A stretch of DNA of 63,722 nucleotides, counting the filler, from Aduncisulcus paluster (lineage: Eukaryota): assembly GCA_024181965.1 (NCBI GenBank). It is 7 parts of 7 records of this genome, joined end to end, with 100 filler letters (N's around TTAATTAATTAA, not from the genome) between each part and the next. Parts side by side here need not be neighbours in the genome. Positions count along the whole stretch, not along the records: positions 52,063 to 60,449 come from BQXS01010998.1; positions 60,550 to 63,722 come from BQXS01011153.1; 5 more parts are not named here. One strand, given 5' to 3'. The translations under genes and the position numbers were made by a program. The notes beneath the pieces are model-generated. The model did no database searches. It was given only the letters and a program-made list of their open reading frames with translations, and had not been told where the DNA came from. Positions 57,177 to 63,722 of the stretch are shown here, piece after piece. The stretch's first letter is position 1. Each line of letters opens with the position of its first letter.

Positions 57177-59493
57177 TTAGAATCTCTTTGCTGGAATATC
57201 AGCGAATGCCTTCAGAGCATAGAATAAAGATGCGGGCTTACAACGATGGAGAGAAGGAAGGAAAACAAGAGCTGTTCGAGAGAGTTGCCAAGGAGGGAAT
57301 TCATATAAATAATGTGCAGGGGAACATACACATACCAAGTCAGGCAATGAACTATAGGGCAATGGAGGATCAGCAATAGTTAGTACTCCACGTGCCCTGC
57401 CTTCAGAAAACGAGGCTGTGATGGCACTTTCAGCCTCATTAACAATGCCTGGAAGACGACTGTGCAGAAGTTCCGTCGTGAGATGTGAAGTGAACACGGC
57501 TGCACTGCAACTGTCGACATAAGCCTGCTGTTGTTGTGAGCGTCTGCGGATGTGTCCACGATCAAACCCTGGAATGGTGAGACCACTTAGCTCACTCTCA
57601 CTCCTCCTGTGGACTATCGATACAAAGGATCCATGGGGAGATGACTGATATAGACCCGCAGTTCTTCGTGAACGCTTTCCGTGTATATCCATTCCAGCAC
57701 CTGGATCTTTTTTACCGCCTTGGTCTTGTGAAGTCTGGGTCGGTTGAGGCAACGCAAGCTTTCCATCTGATACACCAAATGGTCTTGTCTTGACAAGGGA
57801 AGGATCTTTATCGAGGTGGGATGGATGGGAATGTTTCCTTGTTCGAGGGTGCACATAATCAGCAGACATATAGGCTTTTCTACGAGGATTCTTATCTTTG
57901 CGATGTTTGATCAACGTCGGGAGGAATTCTGGTTTAGTTGAGATTGTGGGAGAAATTTCAACATCTTTTGTTTCTTGTGGTTTTGATGGGAGAAAAGCAA
58001 CAGATTCTTTCTTTCTTTCCTCTTCTTCTTTTTTAACGGGGATATCAGCATCTTCAACAACATTGTGAATTTTCTCAGTTCTATCATCTATTTTGGGAAC
58101 TTTCTCAATCCCCACAGTATCACAGGGGGGAGATTCAATATTCATCAAGGATCTGGAGGGTTTTGTTGGATGGGAAGTGGCCAAAACAGCACGAGTGGTA
58201 TCGGTTGAGCCATGAAGTGCTGCAAAATCGAACTCTTCTTGTCGGAGAGGAGCGTGGGAAGGAAGAGAAGAGGAGAGACCAGGTACAAGAATTGGAGGGG
58301 TATCACAATGTTCTTTCTCTTCTTTCTTCTTCTTCTTCTTCTTTTTCTTTCTGAATGAGACTTGGAGTATGTTCATATTGTTTCTCACCTTGTTCTTTCT
58401 CACCGTGTTTCTCACCCTCACTTTCAGATTGGAGTTCAGAATCCTCAGAGACGGAATAGAAAGAAGAAGTTGACACAGATCCAACGACCTCTCCTTTTCG
58501 TATTTTAGAGACTCGTCCATGATGTTTTGGAATCCTTATATTCCCTGATTTCACATGAATCCCTTGTTTGTTCTCTTCATCATCGCTTTCTGAGATCAAA
58601 TCAAGGGCAAACTCAAGATCTCCATCATCTGCACTAAGTTCTGAGTCATCCTGGGATTCACCTTCAAATGTAGAGTCGCCATGGATTGAAGAATCTGATT
58701 TCTTTCTCAAGGATGCACTGGAATCTTTGCCATGCCCGAGGAAGGAGTCTCTGAGTCGCTGTTGAATCACAACACTCCTTCTCCGCTTAACAATTTGTTT
58801 GGAAATGGCGTTCATCGTGTCAACAATCCCATCTTTTCCGTGTCTGGAATCAAGGAGTTGGATGAGAACTTTACATCCGATGGGAGGGATAACGCCTTTC
58901 TTGAGTCCAGGGCCCACAACAACAATATGGAGCTCATCGTCAGAAGAGCTTCCAGAGCCTGATGTTGATTCTTCCCAGTCAACGAGAGGAGCCATCTTAC
59001 TGCTTCGGAAACAGTCGCTTCGTTCTCGATAATGTCCACATCCAGTGCCACTTTCAATGCTTAAAACATCCACAGATCTATTGAGAAAGTGAGTGATTGG
59101 TGTGTATTCGAGTTGAGTTAACTCTTGCCACAAGAGAGCTTGTAGAAGAGAAACTTCTTGATATGACCAATGTTGTGATGGCATATGGATAGAAAAATGA
59201 TTGACACCAGCGACAATAGCACCTGCAATTAATTTGCAGAGCTGTGGCATCCCAGATTTGTGATGTTTGGAATCCAGACAGGAAATACCCTCTCCAGTAA
59301 AAGCTAAATGTTTAGGAATACGTTTGATACTTCTCCGAGCACTAATAAAGTTCCAAAGTGTAGGATAAAATATTGACATCAAAAAATCTCTTAAAAATAC
59401 AAGGCGACGTTTAATTTTCATCCAGAGACAGTATACTGTCATAATACATGAAAAAATGAATTTTAGCATAAGTAAAAATCTGTAAATATACAC
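57177..59493 (-). CDS. NUS1: NUS1/NgBR-like cis-prenyltransferase subunit with a large insertion; one +1 frameshift near 58320-58350
   Basis: N-terminal ORF: IPKHLAF, LIAGAIVAGVNHFSIH, IQLLDSRHGKDGIV. C-terminal ORF: LPDLVCV...LYEFPPWQLSRTALVFLP...FYALKAFA. The frames overlap at a (GAA)n tract. Confidence 0.8.
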
Positions 59494-59840
59494 AAATAAA
59501 TAAAAAACGGTGAAAAAAAGTTCTATTCAAGAAGGAAAAGACAGTTTTTCAAAATGACTTTCAAAATCATCTTCAATAATATTTTAAGATTGGAAATATG
59601 TAGGAACTTTCTCTTTATACAATGACGAAATTATTTATATTAATTGGATTTGCCTTTAAATCGATGGGCCTGGTTTTCTTCGCCATTAAGAATGACGGTT
59701 CACTACAATGCATTATTTATATGTATATAATTGTGTTTTATATTTAAATCTTCCTACAATCAATGATCTTTTAAATCGATCAAGTTCGCAGATGTCAATC
59801 TCATCGAGATTCTATTTTGATAAGAAATCGTTCTAAATCA

Positions 59841-60449
59841 ATGATAAATCAATGGAATACATTTAAATCTACTCTAAACATACGATTTAAATCTTTTCAG
59901 GTATGTGTTTTGGTTATTTGTTCCTCTTATACTTTCTCAACAATATCTTCTCATTTTAGTTTGTATTCTTCTAAAATTATAGGTAAAATATAATATATTA
60001 ATGAATATAGCTATTCCTTTTATATTTTTGATGATATCTATTGTATTTGTATCAATTCAACGATTTTATGATTACTTTTCAATTTCAACTGCTTCTGGGG
60101 CAAGAAATGGATTTCTTTCTCATATATTTTCTATTATCGGGGGGTTTTCGCATTCTCTTTCTGGATCTTGGCTCCTGTCATCTGTTTTTAGTTCCTTATG
60201 TCAACAAGAAACTATTTATTATAATTACCTTGGAGTTAAACATGGATTTAGTGTGTTTTTGCAACGATTTTCAATGTTTATTTCTTCCATTGTTATTATA
60301 TTTATCTATTTTGTTGAGAATTTTCTCACTATCTTTGTTATAAGTCGTGGACTCGTTCCACATCAATATGGTCATTTTTCTGCAATGGCCATCTTTCAAA
60401 TATCGATGATTCAATCCACATATATCTTGTTTTCTTCCCTATTTCTATC
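59841..60449 (+). CDS. Polytopic membrane protein, 3'-partial; probable short first exon 59841-59900
   Basis: Hydrophobic ORF from 60001 open to the scaffold end. An upstream ATG joins in frame through a candidate GTATGT...TAG intron at 59901-59982. Confidence 0.5.
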
Positions 60450-60549
60450 NNNNNNNNNNNNNNNNNNNNNNNNNNNNNNNNNNNNNNNNNNNNTTAATTA
60501 ATTAANNNNNNNNNNNNNNNNNNNNNNNNNNNNNNNNNNNNNNNNNNNN
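60450..60549. other. Artificial scaffold linker
   Basis: N44-TTAATTAATTAA-N44. Confidence 0.98.
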
Positions 60550-63500
60550 CCAAGGAGGACGGTAGCTTGCTGATATCGGTGATGGACGTACACCCACTGA
60601 TGTCAAGTGATAGCAGAGACGAAGGGAACACGTCAGAGGACGAGATCGTGAAGGCCGTGTTGTCAACAACGGAAAGCGTTTCTAACAACGTGAAAGAGCT
60701 GAAGTCAACATCTCCAGATAGGCCAACATCGTCCATGGAGAGTTCCACAAGGCCAAGGGGAAGCACAGATGGATCGGTGACAAGTGTGTTGCTAACATCG
60801 AGAGAGGTCAGTGATGCAGGGAGGAGACCGGAGGACGAGAATGTGAATGCAGAGTTGTCTCGTAGAGAGAGGTGGGTGAGCGAGGTAAGGGAGGAGAAGT
60901 CAGTGTCCGCGGAAATACCTGCATTGTCGACAATTGAAAGTTCAGTAAGACATGAAGGAAGTTGAGAGATTTGAGTTGTTTTGAATCCAAGCCCATTGCT
61001 TCCATTGATCGACAGTGTGTCAAGGTTGGTTGCATAATCAAGCCCTTCATACGATTCAATATCATACACAGTCAATGACTCCAGTAGTAGCATATCAGAT
61101 GTTGTAAGGTTTTCACAAGTGTACAGGGAAAATCCAAGAGCAGAACAAATTGCCTCCTTCAGATCATCAACCAATGGAACATATTCACATGCATCACCAT
61201 ATACATCTCCAGCACAAGTGCATGTATGTAGAGACTCATCACAAGTTCCATATGACCCATTGCATACCTCACCATTCTCAGATATAGGACAAGTCTTATC
61301 ACAGAGATTTCCAAAGAAACCCTGAGAACAAGCATCTCCACATTCAACTCCTTCAACGCCCATAATACACATCACATCAAGAGAACTTTCACATGTCGCA
61401 CACAAGAGAGAGTTGCTTGTCTCGACAGAAGGATCAGTGACACACACTCCAGCTTTCTCACCATATCCGACTGGACAAGCCTTAACACAGGTATTCGTGT
61501 TCTTATCCAGGTAATACCCATTCCAACACTCAACTTGGTACAATCCATCACTCCTGATACGGCATGTCTTGTGGTCTGTAAAGTCGAACGATTCCTCACA
61601 CATGCATGTGTTGCTTGAGGCAGATAATCCAACAAAGGTTGCATTGGGATATATCAACTGAAGTTCTGCAGCGACACCATCAACATCACAGATCAAGTTA
61701 TCGGACAGATCAAGACTCGTGAGAATGTCTGAAGCTGGTAAAAAGTCACCCGTGATCAGAAGAGAAATGTCATTTATGGCATTGTTTGCAATATTTAATG
61801 ATGTTAATGATGTCATCGGGAAGACATTGGAGGAAGAAAGAATGGACAGATCATTTAGAGAAGAATCAAGAGATAGAGAAGAAAGATCCAGAAGATACGC
61901 GAAGGAAGAGGCAGCTGGAACATCAACATCATCCAAGACTAAAGTCATCAAAGATGATGGGAATTTAATAGACTCAGAGAAACCTGTACATCCTGTGAGA
62001 TCCAGCGAAAGAATATTGGTTGGGAAAATGGAGGGAGAGAAGGAGGCCTTCTTTTCAAGAACAAACTTCACCAAAATACTGAAACTAGATACATTTGAGA
62101 CGATGTTCAGGATCATATGCTTTAGGATCAGAGTATGTACAGATGATGGTAGTTCATCGATATCCTGGCTTCCAAGCGTAGTGGTTGCATTAACACTACC
62201 ATCAATGGAGAAATATTCGAGATTTGTAGCCTTCGAGATTCCAACAAAGGAATCGACCCCTGAAGTTTCGATACTTACAATATTCAATAGTTCTTCTGGA
62301 ACAATGTCATCGCAAGAGGAATCATGATCAAGTGCAAGACACATAACAGAACGAAGGTTATCATCCTCAATCGTGACATATTGACATACATCACCATGGT
62401 AGCCATCAACACATGAACAAGAGTGAGTGTCGGTATCACAAGACCCAAAGTCACTTCCACCACATAATTCACCATCACTATTAAAGGGGCACTGAGAGGA
62501 ACAATCATCGCCATACCAAGTATCAGAACAAACACATGAATGCTTCTTGGTGTTACAAGTACCATGATCAGCTCCACTGCAGATCTCATCGTCAACAACA
62601 GGACAGGCAGAGGCACAATCTGAACCATACCAACTATTCTCACAAACACATTTATGATCTTCAACATCGCAAGATCCCTGAGATTCTCCGCTACATACAT
62701 TATCATCAGCAATTGGACATTCAGAGGAACAATCATCGCCATACCAGTCAGAATCACATTCACAAACATGTTCGCTATCATTACACTCACCGTATCCACT
62801 GCAAACAGAGAGATTGTCTCCAATGGGACAGGCAATAAGACAATCTTCACCATACCAAGTATCGTCACAAACACAAACAATATCTTCATTTTCATCCTCA
62901 ACACACACTTCATTGGTTCCACATGCACAGTCCTCGATAGAGGTAGGAATACAATACAAACCTTTAGCCTTGTAAGCAGATTCAAAACATAAACAAGTAT
63001 GATCGTCCTGACACGTTCCACCAGTTCCACAGCTGTATCCATCGGGCCCAAGCGGACAAAGCTCAGTACAATCATCGCCATAATAAGTGTCGGGACACGC
63101 AGCACCACAAATGATGGTATCAGCAGGACCCATGATGGATATGACATCGATCTGGGCCTCACACACAGCACAGCTCACAAGGTCAGCAGACGTCGAAGCA
63201 GAAACACACATGTTGGTATCCTTGTTCAGATAGTATCCATTCCAGCACTCAACCTGATAGGTCGAATCACTTCTCGGACGGCAAGTCTTGTGTCCAACGA
63301 AGGAAGCGGTGCTAGAACATTGGCAGACTTGGGAGGAAGATGTGACAACCGAAAGGTTCGTAAAGTACGATTTCAGAGTGGACACGACATTGTTGATGTC
63401 ACAAATATCATTGTCAGCAACACTCAGAGAGATCAGGCCTGAGCTTGGGAAGATTGCATCAGTGATCAGCACAGAAATGTCGAAGATGGAATTGTCATCA

Positions 63501-63722
63501 AGTGTAAGAGAAGTCAACGTGTCCACAGGGAATGCGTTATGAATAGAAAGGATGGATACATCAGACAGTGACCCGGCCAAGGAAAGAGTCGTCAAGTCTG
63601 AAAGGAATGCGAACGACACAGACGCATCAACAGACACACCATCCATGTACAGCTCAACCAAGGAGGACGGTAGCTTGCTGATATCGGTGATGGACGTACA
63701 CCCACTGATGTCAAGTGATAGC
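60550..63722 (-). CDS. Giant surface protein of alternating LRR blocks and EGF-like repeats, partial at both ends
   Basis: LRRs (LTSLDLSDNLI, LTHLSLRDN), Cys-rich LRR C-caps (CRxRSDxxYQVECWNGYYL, twice), tandem EGF units (CSGxGxC...CxCxxxWYGxDC), and internalin-like caps (IEDDNLRSVMC). The frame is open across the whole segment. Confidence 0.92.

Noticed and set aside
42513-59493. Apparent dolichol-pathway cluster (dolichol kinase and NUS1)
   Set aside because: The genes are on different scaffolds separated by two linkers, so their proximity is a concatenation accident.

Overview
Gene-dense, intron-poor, AT-rich eukaryotic DNA. The kinase family, the poly-Ser/Glu tracts and the LRR-EGF surface proteins suggest a free-living fornicate protist such as Aduncisulcus, but that assignment is inferred. 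The window is seven unrelated scaffolds joined by artificial N44-TTAATTAATTAA-N44 linkers, so gene order across linkers has no meaning. There are also four 20-N gaps, three of them flanked by unmerged duplicated overlaps. Recognisable genes: a Ser/Thr kinase missed by the ORF track, tRNA-Pro(TGG), a divergent cullin, a DDT/WHIM1 protein, a REJ/GAIN-like membrane protein, a giant GCC2/GCC3 Cys-rich protein, a BPI/LBP protein, INO80B-like, DUF4485, TSR3, CSB/RAD26, dolichol kinase, M18 aspartyl aminopeptidase, NUS1-like and an LRR-EGF repeat protein. The most notable element is an intact chromodomain-bearing Ty3/Gypsy retrotransposon. It has a 95-bp candidate LTR with long inverted ends, no tRNA primer-binding site, and is nested antisense inside another Gypsy element. 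Also notable: a 13-kb scaffold bracketed by inverted gene-containing repeats, and two bacterial/phage-like genes embedded among eukaryotic genes.
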